A stretch of 64,000 nucleotides of DNA from Acetobacter sp. (GTDB lineage Bacteria > Pseudomonadota > Alphaproteobacteria > Acetobacterales > Acetobacteraceae): positions 9,897-73,896 of the forward strand of contig JAAYUA010000178.1 of assembly GCA_012517935.1 (NCBI GenBank), written 5' to 3'. How positions within the stretch are numbered: the first letter of the stretch is position 1; every line of letters starts with the position of its first letter. This document shows positions 1 through 8,888 of this stretch, one piece after another. Below the pieces are notes generated by a model, which saw only the letters and a program-made list of their open reading frames with translations, was not told the DNA's origin and ran no database searches. A program made the position numbers and the translations under genes.

Positions 1-738
1 GGGCTGCGTGCGTTGGTGGAAGGGAATTGCCATCAGGATGTGCTGTCGTTTCTGCTGATCAAGATCAAGGCCGTGATGAAGACGCGGGAACCTGCATTGC
101 GGCAGATGATCGAAGAGCGTGTGCGGGAGCAGGGAGGGCGGCTGCTTGGCTGGGCAATCGGCAGTTCGATTGCGACAAAGGTGCTGGTGGCCGCGAGCGA
201 GGAAGTCGAGCGCATTGATCCGCTGGATTCCGATATCCGTGAGGGATTTACGCGTTGGGTGCGGGCCGAGATCGAGCGGATGGAGACGGATGCCGAGCGA
301 GGGAGTGAGATTTCTGCGGCCCTGCGGCAGGTTGTCGGGCATGAGACTGTTCTCGTCTGGGGAAATGATATCTGGAAACGCATGCGAGATATGATCGCTG
401 CGGATGCGGCAAAGCCGGATGGTTGGTCAGCGGGGATGATTCGGGATTGCATCAGCGGTCTGGCGACACGTCTGCGGGAGGATCCCGCGACGGGGCAGCG
501 GCTGACCGAGATGGCGCATCGTCTTGTGAAACGCGCCCTGCCTTACATGAAGGAAAATCTGGGCGATTTTATCGCCCGGGTTGTGGGCGGATGGGATGCC
601 GATGCGATTTCCGACAAGCTGGAACTCCGGGTTGGGCGGGATCTGCAATATGTCAGGATCAACGGGACTCTTGTCGGCTTTCTGGCGGGTGCTGGGCTGT
701 CTTTGCTGCTGAGCCTGTGTTTTGGTATAGTGGGGTAA
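1..738 (+). CDS. DUF445-family inner-membrane protein, C-terminal part (5' end outside the window)
   Basis: Frame 1 is open from nt 1; the track ORF 13..738 starts at an internal TTG. The C-terminal 'DLQYVRINGTLVGFLAGAGL' plus a terminal hydrophobic helix is the pattern I associate with DUF445/YjiN-like proteins. Confidence 0.55.
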   Translation, partial: GLRALVEGNCHQDVLSFLLIKIKAVMKTREPALRQMIEERVREQGGRLLGWAIGSSIATKVLVAASEEVERIDPLDSDIREGFTRWVRAEIERMETDAERGSEISAALRQVVGHETVLVWGNDIWKRMRDMIAADAAKPDGWSAGMIRDCISGLATRLREDPATGQRLTEMAHRLVKRALPYMKENLGDFIARVVGGWDADAISDKLELRVGRDLQYVRINGTLVGFLAGAGLSLLLSLCFGIVG

Positions 739-854
739 AGAGAGGCAATTCGCCGCGTATAGGGCTGTCAGGATGTCAGATCCTTTCAGGACGACGGATA
801 TGTTATCGCTTTGTCTCTTGACCTTCTGCCCTGTCTGGCACATCTCTCCCCAAA

Positions 855-873
855 GAGGACTATACAAGTCCTC
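855..873. promoter_or_regulatory. Perfect 7-bp inverted repeat GAGGACT-ATACA-AGTCCTC, candidate operator 27 nt upstream of the Rrf2 regulator ATG
   Basis: Read directly from the sequence. Rrf2/IscR-type regulators bind palindromes and commonly autoregulate. Function is inferred only. Confidence 0.35.
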
Positions 874-900
874 AATAGATGGGACGGGGTAACGCTTCAG

Positions 901-1380
901 ATGCTCAGGCTTTCCAAGCTCGCTGATTATGCTGTTGTGACAATGGTGGAGCTTGGCCGTCATCGTGAGCTGATGAATGCTCCTGCGCTTGCTCAGGCAA
1001 CCGGCTTGCCGGAGCCTACGGTCGCCAAGCTTCTTAAGATCCTGCTGGCGGATGGTCTGCTGATGTCACGGCGTGGCGCCCGTGGCGGATATGAGCTTGC
1101 CTTGCCCCTGGAAAAGATTTCGGTTGCCCGGGTGATTACAGCTGTTGATGGGCCTGTGGCCGTGACGGCCTGTGTCAGTGGCGGAGATTGCTCCACGGCC
1201 GTGGACTGTGCTCTGCGGGGAAGCTGGAACCCGGTCAATGCCGCCATTCGCCAGACGCTGGAGAATATCAGCCTCGCTGAAATGGCGCATCACAATGAAA
1301 GATTCTGCTCCGACTTGCCGGACGGCGCAGGATGTCACGCAGGGGCTGGGTTAGCTGATTACCCGGCTTCGGGAGGTTAG
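901..1380 (+). CDS. Rrf2-family (IscR-like) transcriptional regulator heading the suf operon
   Basis: ATG at 901 gives the canonical Rrf2 N-terminus '[13 protein letters not shown]'. A wHTH follows, then a Cys-containing region '[14 protein letters not shown]'. The track ORF's 30-codon upstream extension (811) is rejected. Confidence 0.85.
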   Translation: MLRLSKLADYAVVTMVELGRHRELMNAPALAQATGLPEPTVAKLLKILLADGLLMSRRGARGGYELALPLEKISVARVITAVDGPVAVTACVSGGDCSTAVDCALRGSWNPVNAAIRQTLENISLAEMAHHNERFCSDLPDGAGCHAGAGLADYPASGG

Positions 1381-1384
1381 GACC

Positions 1385-2875
1385 ATGCCTGCAGTCACCG
1401 AGACACGTGAGCAAATCGAAAAACTTGGCCAGTCCACCTACAGGTGGGGTTTTGAGACCGATATCGAGATGGATATCGCACCGAAAGGCCTTGATGAAGA
1501 TACGATCCGTCTGATTTCTGCGCGCAAGGAAGAGCCGGAATGGCTTCTGGAATGGCGTCTTGCTGCGTTTCGGCAGTGGCAGAAAATGGAAGAGCCGGAA
1601 TGGGCAAAAGTCGCCTATCCGAAGATCGACTATCAGGATCTGCATTATTACGCTGCACCGAAGAAGAAGCCCGGTCCTAAGTCTCTGGATGAAGTTGATC
1701 CTGAACTTCTGCGCACTTATGAAAAACTTGGCATTCCCCTGCATGAACAGGCGATGCTGGCAGGTGTAGAGCCGGAAGAAGGCGCGGAACCACGTTTGCC
1801 GATAGCGGTTGATGCCGTGTTCGACAGTGTTTCGGTGGCGACGACTTTCCGCAAGACATTGCAGGAAGCCGGTGTCATTTTCTGTCCGATTTCGGAAGCC
1901 GTGCGTGATTATCCGGAGCTGGTCCGCAAATATCTGGGAAGTGTCGTTCCTGCGGGAGATAATTTCTTCTCGGCTTTGAACTCCGCCGTATTTACCGATG
2001 GATCATTTGTCTATGTTCCCGCGGGTGTGCGTTGTCCGATGGAGCTTTCGACCTATTTCCGCATCAATGCCCGCAATACGGGACAGTTCGAGCGCACATT
2101 GATCATTGTCGAAGATCGGGGTTCCGTCTCCTATCTTGAAGGCTGCACCGCGCCGATGCGTGATGAGAACCAGCTTCATGCGGCGGTTGTCGAACTGGTT
2201 GCGATGGAAGATGCGTCGATCAAATATTCGACCGTTCAGAACTGGTATCCCGGTGATGAGAACGGACGTGGCGGCATTTATAACTTTGTGACCAAGCGTG
2301 GCGCCTGTCGTGGCGCGCGTGCAAGAATTTCATGGACACAGGTTGAAACGGGTTCTGCCGTGACCTGGAAATATCCATCCTGCATTCTGCAGGGAGAGGG
2401 ATCGGTCGGCGAATTCTATTCGGTGGCCGTGACCAATAATTTCCAGCAGGCGGACACGGGCACCAAGATGATCCATATCGGGCGCAACACGCGCTCAACG
2501 ATCATCGCGAAAACCATCAGTGCCGGTCGTTCCGACAGCACCTATCGTGGTCTGGTGCGCATGATGCCAAAGGCGTCCGGCGCGCGTAATTTCACGCAGT
2601 GCGACAGTCTGCTGATTGGTGATCAGTGTGGTGCGCATACCGTGCCTTACATCGAAAATCGTAACATGAGCGCCCGTATCGAGCATGAAGCGACGACGTC
2701 ACGGATTTCCGAAGATCAGATGTTTTATTGTCGGAGCCGTGGACTTTCGGAAGAAGATGCCGTTGGTCTGATCGTAAATGGTTTTTGCAAGGATGTTCTG
2801 AAAGAGCTGCCGATGGAGTTCGCTGTTGAAGCGCAGAAACTTCTGGCGATCAGTCTCGAAGGCAGTGTGGGTTAA
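1385..2875 (+). CDS. sufB: Fe-S cluster assembly protein SufB
   Basis: 496 aa, first structural gene after the regulator and followed by sufC/sufD. SufB-like core '[21 protein letters not shown]...' and C-terminal 'FAVEAQKLL'. Confidence 0.93.
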   Translation: MPAVTETREQIEKLGQSTYRWGFETDIEMDIAPKGLDEDTIRLISARKEEPEWLLEWRLAAFRQWQKMEEPEWAKVAYPKIDYQDLHYYAAPKKKPGPKSLDEVDPELLRTYEKLGIPLHEQAMLAGVEPEEGAEPRLPIAVDAVFDSVSVATTFRKTLQEAGVIFCPISEAVRDYPELVRKYLGSVVPAGDNFFSALNSAVFTDGSFVYVPAGVRCPMELSTYFRINARNTGQFERTLIIVEDRGSVSYLEGCTAPMRDENQLHAAVVELVAMEDASIKYSTVQNWYPGDENGRGGIYNFVTKRGACRGARARISWTQVETGSAVTWKYPSCILQGEGSVGEFYSVAVTNNFQQADTGTKMIHIGRNTRSTIIAKTISAGRSDSTYRGLVRMMPKASGARNFTQCDSLLIGDQCGAHTVPYIENRNMSARIEHEATTSRISEDQMFYCRSRGLSEEDAVGLIVNGFCKDVLKELPMEFAVEAQKLLAISLEGSVG

Positions 2876-2887
2876 GGAACAGGCATT

Positions 2888-3658
2888 ATGAGTAACTTTC
2901 TGAAAATTTCTGGCCTGCACGCGAAGATCGAGGCGGACGGCGGGGATAAGGAAATCCTGCGCGGTGTGGATCTGGAGATCCCGGCAGGCGAACTGCATGT
3001 CATCATGGGCCCTAATGGGTGTGGCAAGTCGACTCTGGCCTACACTCTGGCTGGACGTGAAGATTATGAAGTCACGGCCGGAAGCGTGAGTTTCAAGGGG
3101 CAGGATCTTCTGGCGATGGAGCCAGACGAACGTGCTGCTGCCGGTGTGTTTCTGGCGTTCCAGTCGCCTGTGGAACTGCCGGGCGTGAATAATGCGAACT
3201 TCCTGCGGACAGCGGTGAATTCTGTGCGCCGCGCACGCGGTGAGGCGGAAATGGATGCTGTCCAGTTCCTGAAAACGGTTCGCGCTGCGACCAAATCTCT
3301 CTCCATGCAGGACGAGATGCTCAAGCGGAACGTGAATGTCGGCTTCTCGGGAGGTGAGAAGAAGCGCAATGAAGTGCTCCAGATGACACTTCTGCAGCCT
3401 TCTCTGGCCATTCTGGACGAAACTGACAGCGGCCTTGATGTCGATGCTCTTCGGATTGTCGCTGATGGTGTCAATAAATTGCGTGCGCCGGATTTTTCTG
3501 CGCTGGTCATTACGCATCATCAGCGTCTGCTCGACTATCTGTCGCCAGATCGCATTCATGTCATGGCAAAAGGTCGGATCATCCGTTCCGGCGGTCCGGA
3601 GCTGGCCCGTCAGATTGATCAGGATGGTTATGCGACATTTCTGGCAGATGCAGCATGA
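2888..3658 (+). CDS. sufC: Fe-S cluster assembly ATPase SufC
   Basis: Walker A 'GPNGCGKST', ABC signature 'FSGGEKKR', Walker B 'AILDETDSGLD'. ATGA overlap with sufD. Confidence 0.95.
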   Translation: MSNFLKISGLHAKIEADGGDKEILRGVDLEIPAGELHVIMGPNGCGKSTLAYTLAGREDYEVTAGSVSFKGQDLLAMEPDERAAAGVFLAFQSPVELPGVNNANFLRTAVNSVRRARGEAEMDAVQFLKTVRAATKSLSMQDEMLKRNVNVGFSGGEKKRNEVLQMTLLQPSLAILDETDSGLDVDALRIVADGVNKLRAPDFSALVITHHQRLLDYLSPDRIHVMAKGRIIRSGGPELARQIDQDGYATFLADAA

Positions 3659-4965
3659 ATTCGGTGGACATATCGGTAAGTGATGTAGGGCCATTTGCCC
3701 AGCGTCTGGCCGCAGCGGGAGGTGTGCGCAGCCTTGCTGCGAATGCCTTCGCGGAAGTGGGTTTGCCCGGGACGAAAGATGAGGCGTTCCATTATACTTC
3801 GCTACGTTCCCTGAACCGTTTGAAGTTTATTGCTGACAGTGTTGTGCCTTCGGATGCAGAGCTTGAGTCATTGATAGACAATGCTCTGCCATCAGATGGT
3901 TCTCTGGCTTCAGCGACGAGAATTGTTTTTGTAAACGGTATTTTCTCTGAAAAATTTTCAACGGTTTCCGGTCTGTCTGCCGTATCGTTTACGCATGGAA
4001 CACAGGAAGAGCAGCATTCTGTTGCGGATAATGATCTTCCACTTGTTCTGTTGAACAGGGCTCTGGGGTGTTCCACCGCCGAACTGGAAGTTCCGGAAGG
4101 AACGGATGCTGGAACGATCGTTATCTTGTCGCTGAATTTTGGAAATGCTACGGAAGGCGATGAAGCACCATCCTTCCATCCGCATTTGCATGTGCGTGTG
4201 GGTAAGGGCGCTTCCGTCACATTGGCCGAAATGATTATCGGGAAGGGGGTTTATCTGAATAATCCCGTTTCTGTCATCAATGTTGCCAAAGAAGCTTCCG
4301 TTACACACACAAAGTTGCAACGTGAAAGCGCGGATGCGTTTCATCTGGCGACAGTCAGCCCGGTGATCGCGGAGCGAGGCACATATAACAGCTTCACCCT
4401 TGGTTTCGGGGCACAACTGTCTCGGCATGAAGTCCATGCTTATCTGGAAGGTGCGGGCTCTGCCGTTCATATCAACGGAGCACAACTTCTGGTCGACCGG
4501 CAGGTTGGTGACATCACCAGTGTGATCACACATGCTGCGCCAAACTGCATTTCGCGTCAGACAGTGCGTAATGTTCTGGCAGATCGCGCGCGGGGTGTGT
4601 TTCAGGGCAAGGTATTTGTCGAGCGTATCGCCCAGAAGACCGATGGCTATCAGATGAATCAGGCATTGTTGCTGTCGGAAACGGCAGAGATGAATGCAAA
4701 GCCTGAACTTGAAATTTATGCTGATGACGTCAAATGCAGTCATGGTGCCACTGTTGGCGCACTGGACGATGATCAGCTGTTCTATCTGTGTAGTCGCGGT
4801 ATTCCTGATGCGGAGGCCCGACGCATTCTGGTCGAAGCATTTCTGATCGAAGCCGTTGGCCTTGTCGAAGTTGATGATGTTCGTGCAGCGCTGGAAGGCG
4901 CGCTCTCCGCAGCATTGGTCGAGCGGATTGGCGCGACGACCATGGGAGATGGGAGTCTTTCCTGA
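3655..4965 (+). CDS. sufD: Fe-S cluster assembly protein SufD
   Basis: 436 aa. The C-terminal half is paralogous to SufB ('ELEIYADDVKCSHGATVGALDDDQLFYLCSRGI'). Position between sufC and sufS. Confidence 0.9.
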   Translation: MNSVDISVSDVGPFAQRLAAAGGVRSLAANAFAEVGLPGTKDEAFHYTSLRSLNRLKFIADSVVPSDAELESLIDNALPSDGSLASATRIVFVNGIFSEKFSTVSGLSAVSFTHGTQEEQHSVADNDLPLVLLNRALGCSTAELEVPEGTDAGTIVILSLNFGNATEGDEAPSFHPHLHVRVGKGASVTLAEMIIGKGVYLNNPVSVINVAKEASVTHTKLQRESADAFHLATVSPVIAERGTYNSFTLGFGAQLSRHEVHAYLEGAGSAVHINGAQLLVDRQVGDITSVITHAAPNCISRQTVRNVLADRARGVFQGKVFVERIAQKTDGYQMNQALLLSETAEMNAKPELEIYADDVKCSHGATVGALDDDQLFYLCSRGIPDAEARRILVEAFLIEAVGLVEVDDVRAALEGALSAALVERIGATTMGDGSLS

Positions 4966-6200
4966 TGTCTTCTGTCGTTACGCTTCCTGATGTGACAGCG
5001 ATCAGAGCACAGTTTCCGATCCTGTCCGAAAAAGTGCACGGACGTGATCTGGTTTTTCTGGATTCCGCTGCTTCTGCTCAAAAGCCTGTAGCCGTTATTG
5101 ATGCCATGTCGGACGTCATGCGGACGCAATATGCGAACATTCATCGTGGTTTGCACTGGATGAGTGAGCGCACGACGGAAGCTTATGAAGCCGTGCGTGG
5201 CAAGGTCGCGGGCTTTCTGGGGGCTCCGTCCCGTGAGGAAATTATCTTCACGCGGAATAGCACGGAAGCGATCAATCTCGTTGCTTACAGCTTTGGCTCC
5301 CTGCTGAAGCTTGGACAGGCTGTGCTGGTTTCGGCCATGGAGCATCACGCCAATCTGGTGCCCTGGCAGATGCTGCGTGACAGAAGCGGTATTGATCTGC
5401 GTATTATTCCGATCACGGAAAATGGTGATCTGGACTATGATGCTCTTGAGCAGATGCTTGGAGCCGGTGACGTTGCGCTGGTTGCAGTGACACATATGTC
5501 AAACGTGATTGGTGGCATGGTCGATGCAAGGCGTGTTGCTGATCTGGCGCATGCATCTGGCGCTAAGGTCCTGTTTGATGGCAGTCAGGCGGTTGTGCAT
5601 CGGAAAGTCGATGTTCAGCAGATAGACGCCGATTTCTATACTTTTACCGGGCACAAGCTTTATGGCCCGACAGGTATTGGCGTTCTCTGGGCGCGTCGCG
5701 AATTGCTTGAGGCCATGCCACCTTTCATGGGTGGTGGCGACATGATTTCGACAGTGACGTTCGAAAAATCAACCTGGGCGCCTGTGCCTCATAAATTTGA
5801 GGCAGGGACACCGGCGATTGTTGAGACGATTGGTCTGGGGGCCGCGATTGATTGGGTTGAATCCATCGGATTTGATGCGATCACTGCACATGAGAAGCAG
5901 CTTGTCGACCATGCGGCTCGAGTGTTGCCGGAAGTTCCCGGTTTGCGTGTGATTGGGAATCCTGAAGATCGAGGCGGTGTTTTCTCGTTTGTCATGAAGG
6001 ATATCCATCCACATGATATGGCAACGCTTCTCGATCGTAATGGTGTTGCCATCCGTGCAGGGCATCATTGCGCGGAACCGCTGATGCAGCATCTTGGTCT
6101 GACGGCGACTGCGCGTGCCAGTTTTGCAATTTACACGACCGAGGCTGAGGTGGATGCGCTGGTCTCAGCGCTGATACGGATCCGGGATTTCTTTGTCTGA
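4965..6200 (+). CDS. sufS: Cysteine desulfurase SufS (PLP-dependent)
   Basis: PLP-lysine context 'FTGHKLYGPTGIG', catalytic Cys 'RAGHHCAEP'. TGATG junction with sufD. Confidence 0.93.
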   Translation: MSSVVTLPDVTAIRAQFPILSEKVHGRDLVFLDSAASAQKPVAVIDAMSDVMRTQYANIHRGLHWMSERTTEAYEAVRGKVAGFLGAPSREEIIFTRNSTEAINLVAYSFGSLLKLGQAVLVSAMEHHANLVPWQMLRDRSGIDLRIIPITENGDLDYDALEQMLGAGDVALVAVTHMSNVIGGMVDARRVADLAHASGAKVLFDGSQAVVHRKVDVQQIDADFYTFTGHKLYGPTGIGVLWARRELLEAMPPFMGGGDMISTVTFEKSTWAPVPHKFEAGTPAIVETIGLGAAIDWVESIGFDAITAHEKQLVDHAARVLPEVPGLRVIGNPEDRGGVFSFVMKDIHPHDMATLLDRNGVAIRAGHHCAEPLMQHLGLTATARASFAIYTTEAEVDALVSALIRIRDFFV

Positions 6201-6633
6201 GGATGGTGTGGAGGTGGAAGATCTCTACAACAGCATGATTGTTTCACGATCACGTGCACCGGAATTTTCCGGTGTGGTGGCTGATGAGACGAACCATGCC
6301 GAGGGCAATAACCCTTTATGTGGAGATCGTGTGCGTCTGACGCTGCGGTGTGAGGATGGGCTGATTGCTGAGGCAGCGCATCAGACACGTGGTTGTGCCA
6401 TATGCATCGCCTCTGCGGATATTCTGGCAGAAGCCGTTGCAGGACAGGCAGTTCGCAACGCGCTTCAGATGGCGGATCAGTTCGTTCTTATGTTTGAAAA
6501 TGAAGATGCGGGGGGTGTATTACCCGGGAATCTTCAGATTTTTCTTCCCCTTCGGCAGCATCGCGCACGTATTCGTTGTGCGACATTGCCGTGGATTGCG
6601 CTGAAGGAGGCGCTGGCTCATGACGCAGAGTGA
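6193..6633 (+). CDS. sufU: SufU/NifU-N-type sulfur-acceptor/scaffold protein
   Basis: Three SufU-type ligand motifs: 'NPLCGDRV', 'RGCAICIASADIL', 'RIRCATLPW'. Start uncertain: TTG 6193, or in-frame GTG/ATG up to 6235. Confidence 0.8.
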   Translation: MSEDGVEVEDLYNSMIVSRSRAPEFSGVVADETNHAEGNNPLCGDRVRLTLRCEDGLIAEAAHQTRGCAICIASADILAEAVAGQAVRNALQMADQFVLMFENEDAGGVLPGNLQIFLPLRQHRARIRCATLPWIALKEALAHDAE

Positions 6634-7051
6634 GATAGAGGCTTCCGTTAGGGAAGAAGGGTTTGATCCGGCACCAGTCGCCCCGGTTGTTGCGGCTCCG
6701 GGCGTGTCGCACTGGACGCCGGATGGAGAAGTCGCACCGGAAGCTGGTCCCCCGGCTGAGGACGCTGTGATCGATGCGATTGCGACCGTTCATGATCCGG
6801 AAATCCCGGTGAATATTTATGAACTTGGCCTGATCTATGCCATCGATCTGCATGACGATGGGCGCGTGAAGGTTGAAATGACGCTGACAGCCCCCAATTG
6901 TCCAAGTGCACAGGAACTTCCGTTGCAGGTGAAAGAGGCGGTCGAAAAAGTTGCCGGCGTTTCTTCGGCTGATGTGGAAGTGGTGTGGAATCCGCCATGG
7001 GATATGTCGCGGATGAGTGATGAAGCGCGTCTGGCGTTGAATATGTTCTGA
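6620..7051 (+). CDS. sufT: DUF59/MIP18-family SUF-associated Fe-S assembly protein (SufT-like)
   Basis: 'DPEIPVNIYELGLIY...VEMTLTAPNCP' is the DUF59 hallmark. Lies inside the suf operon. Confidence 0.8.
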   Translation: MTQSEIEASVREEGFDPAPVAPVVAAPGVSHWTPDGEVAPEAGPPAEDAVIDAIATVHDPEIPVNIYELGLIYAIDLHDDGRVKVEMTLTAPNCPSAQELPLQVKEAVEKVAGVSSADVEVVWNPPWDMSRMSDEARLALNMF

Positions 7052-7097
7052 GGCGCGTCAGCCTGAGGAACGACAAACAGGGACGGGAGCGAGAAAA

Positions 7098-7460
7098 ATG
7101 AGTGCAGGAATGGTCTCCCCCAAGCGGGCTCTTCCCCCGCTTATGACTTTATCGGAGGCAGCAGCCAGTCGTTTGCAGACTCTGTATGAGACAAATCATG
7201 CAGGTCAGTTGCTGCGGATTTCGGTGACGACCAAAGGTTGCTCTGGCAAGGCTTATGATATGGCGTTTGTCGATGCGCCGAACGCAGGTGATGAACAGGT
7301 GGAGGACAAGGGTGTCCGCATTCTGATCGATCCGAAAGCCACGCTGTTTCTGATTGGTTCAGAAATGGATTTCCAGAGCAGTGAAATGGAATCCGGATTT
7401 ATATTCAGCAATCCCAACGAAAAAGGCCGCTGTGGTTGCGGGCAGAGCTTTCACGTCTGA
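7098..7460 (+). CDS. sufA: A-type Fe-S carrier (HesB/IscA/SufA/ErpA family)
   Basis: 'TTKGCSG' and C-terminal 'CGCGQSFHV', the three conserved Cys of A-type carriers. Confidence 0.9.
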   Translation: MSAGMVSPKRALPPLMTLSEAAASRLQTLYETNHAGQLLRISVTTKGCSGKAYDMAFVDAPNAGDEQVEDKGVRILIDPKATLFLIGSEMDFQSSEMESGFIFSNPNEKGRCGCGQSFHV

Positions 7461-7469
7461 TGGCTTTTG

Positions 7470-7496
7470 CTGTTCCTGATTTCTGATCAGGAACAG
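7470..7496. terminator. Bidirectional hairpin terminator between convergent sufA and the methyltransferase gene
   Basis: Perfect 11-bp stem CTGTTCCTGAT / ATCAGGAACAG with a 5-nt loop, in the 48-nt convergent intergenic gap. Confidence 0.6.
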
Positions 7497-7508
7497 TCTG
7501 TTGATGGC

Positions 7509-8885
7509 TTATCGACCGGGAGCGTCGAAACGAACGACGGTTTCGGTTTCTGCCGACCAGGCGAACTGGTCGATCACCGTCACCGAGGTTACGGTATAGC
7601 CTGCTGCATGGAGCTGCGAAGCATCCCGTTCCAGTGCCTGCGGATTGCAACTGACATAAATGACGACAGGTGGCTTTGCTGCGACAAGCGGCCGCATCTG
7701 TGCGCCGGCGCCCATATGTGGTGGATCCAGAACGACAGCGAAGGCGTTGCTGAGAGAAGCGCCTGTAACGGGCTGGCGGTTCAGATCCCGTTGCTGGGCT
7801 GAAATCCGGAGCCCGCCAGCTGCTCGTGACAATGCCGCGATTGCGGGAGCGGAGCCTTCAAACGCTTCAACGCGGGCATGCTCCGCAAGGGTGAAGGTAA
7901 AGCTGCCACATCCAGCATAGAGTTCTGTGATCTGGGCGCGGCGTCCGGGGCTTCGCGGGAGTGCGGCGATGATTGCATTACGAATCGCCGCTTCACCTTC
8001 ACGGCTTGCCTGCAAGAAAGCACCGGGGGGAAGGGCGACTGCCGGTCCATTGAAAGAAAGCTTGGGCGCTTCGCGCTGGAGGGCTGTTTCCGGCGTTTCG
8101 TGGCTGCCTTTGGGCCTCCATGAAATGCGGGCAATCTGATGTGCTTCGGCCAGACGTGCCAGACGTATGCGGTCAGAGGAGGAGAGTGCGCGATCGGTTG
8201 CCAGAAGAAGGTCGGCACCCGTGTCCGTCAGGCTGATCATCAGATCGCCAGAGGAACCGAAGCCTTCCAGTTGCTGGATGGAATGACGCAAATGCGGAAG
8301 AAGCGCCATGATGTCTGGATGCAGGACATGACACTCGGTCAGGTTGAGCGGCAGTCCATTGCGTTGATGAAGGCCGAGAATGATCCCATCATGCGTCCGA
8401 CGGAGTGCCAGGTCTGCACGGCGACGAGTCGCCGGTGGAATGGCTGTCGCTTCTGCTTTTGGGAGAGATGTGAAACCAGCCTGTTGCAGGGCGCGGGTGA
8501 CCAGTGCGGTCTTCCACGTGAGGAGACGCTCCGTGCTGACATGTTGCAGACGGCAGCCACCGCAGGTTCCGAACAGTTTGCACACAGGAACAGCACGGTC
8601 CGGAGAAGGCACGAGAATCTCGGCGGTTGAGCCTTGTTCTGCGATTCTGACCCGATCACTTGGCACAGTGAATGGAATAACGACTTTCCTGCCAGCAGAA
8701 GCAGAATCCGGTGACAGGGGAACTGCGATGCCATCTCCGGCGCGACCAAGGTCTATGACCTCATAGTCTCCAGGTGCCAAAACATCCTGGGTTTTCGGTG
8801 TCTTCCCAGATGCGTCTGACAAGCGGGAGCGGCGTCCACCACCCTGTTGTGGGCGGGGACGTCTCGTAGACCTGTGAGCGGGCAT
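7509..8885 (-). CDS. Class I SAM-dependent RNA (uracil-5)-methyltransferase, RlmD/RumA-like, with a basic N-terminal tail
   Basis: Fe-S Cys cluster 'CKLFGTCGGCRLQH', SAM-binding 'ELYAGCGSFT', C-terminal 'YVSCNPQALERD'. Its start lies 3 nt after the stop of the upstream helicase gene. Confidence 0.8.
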   Translation of the reverse strand: MPAHRSTRRPRPQQGGGRRSRLSDASGKTPKTQDVLAPGDYEVIDLGRAGDGIAVPLSPDSASAGRKVVIPFTVPSDRVRIAEQGSTAEILVPSPDRAVPVCKLFGTCGGCRLQHVSTERLLTWKTALVTRALQQAGFTSLPKAEATAIPPATRRRADLALRRTHDGIILGLHQRNGLPLNLTECHVLHPDIMALLPHLRHSIQQLEGFGSSGDLMISLTDTGADLLLATDRALSSSDRIRLARLAEAHQIARISWRPKGSHETPETALQREAPKLSFNGPAVALPPGAFLQASREGEAAIRNAIIAALPRSPGRRAQITELYAGCGSFTFTLAEHARVEAFEGSAPAIAALSRAAGGLRISAQQRDLNRQPVTGASLSNAFAVVLDPPHMGAGAQMRPLVAAKPPVVIYVSCNPQALERDASQLHAAGYTVTSVTVIDQFAWSAETETVVRFDAPGR

Positions 8886-8888
8886 GTT

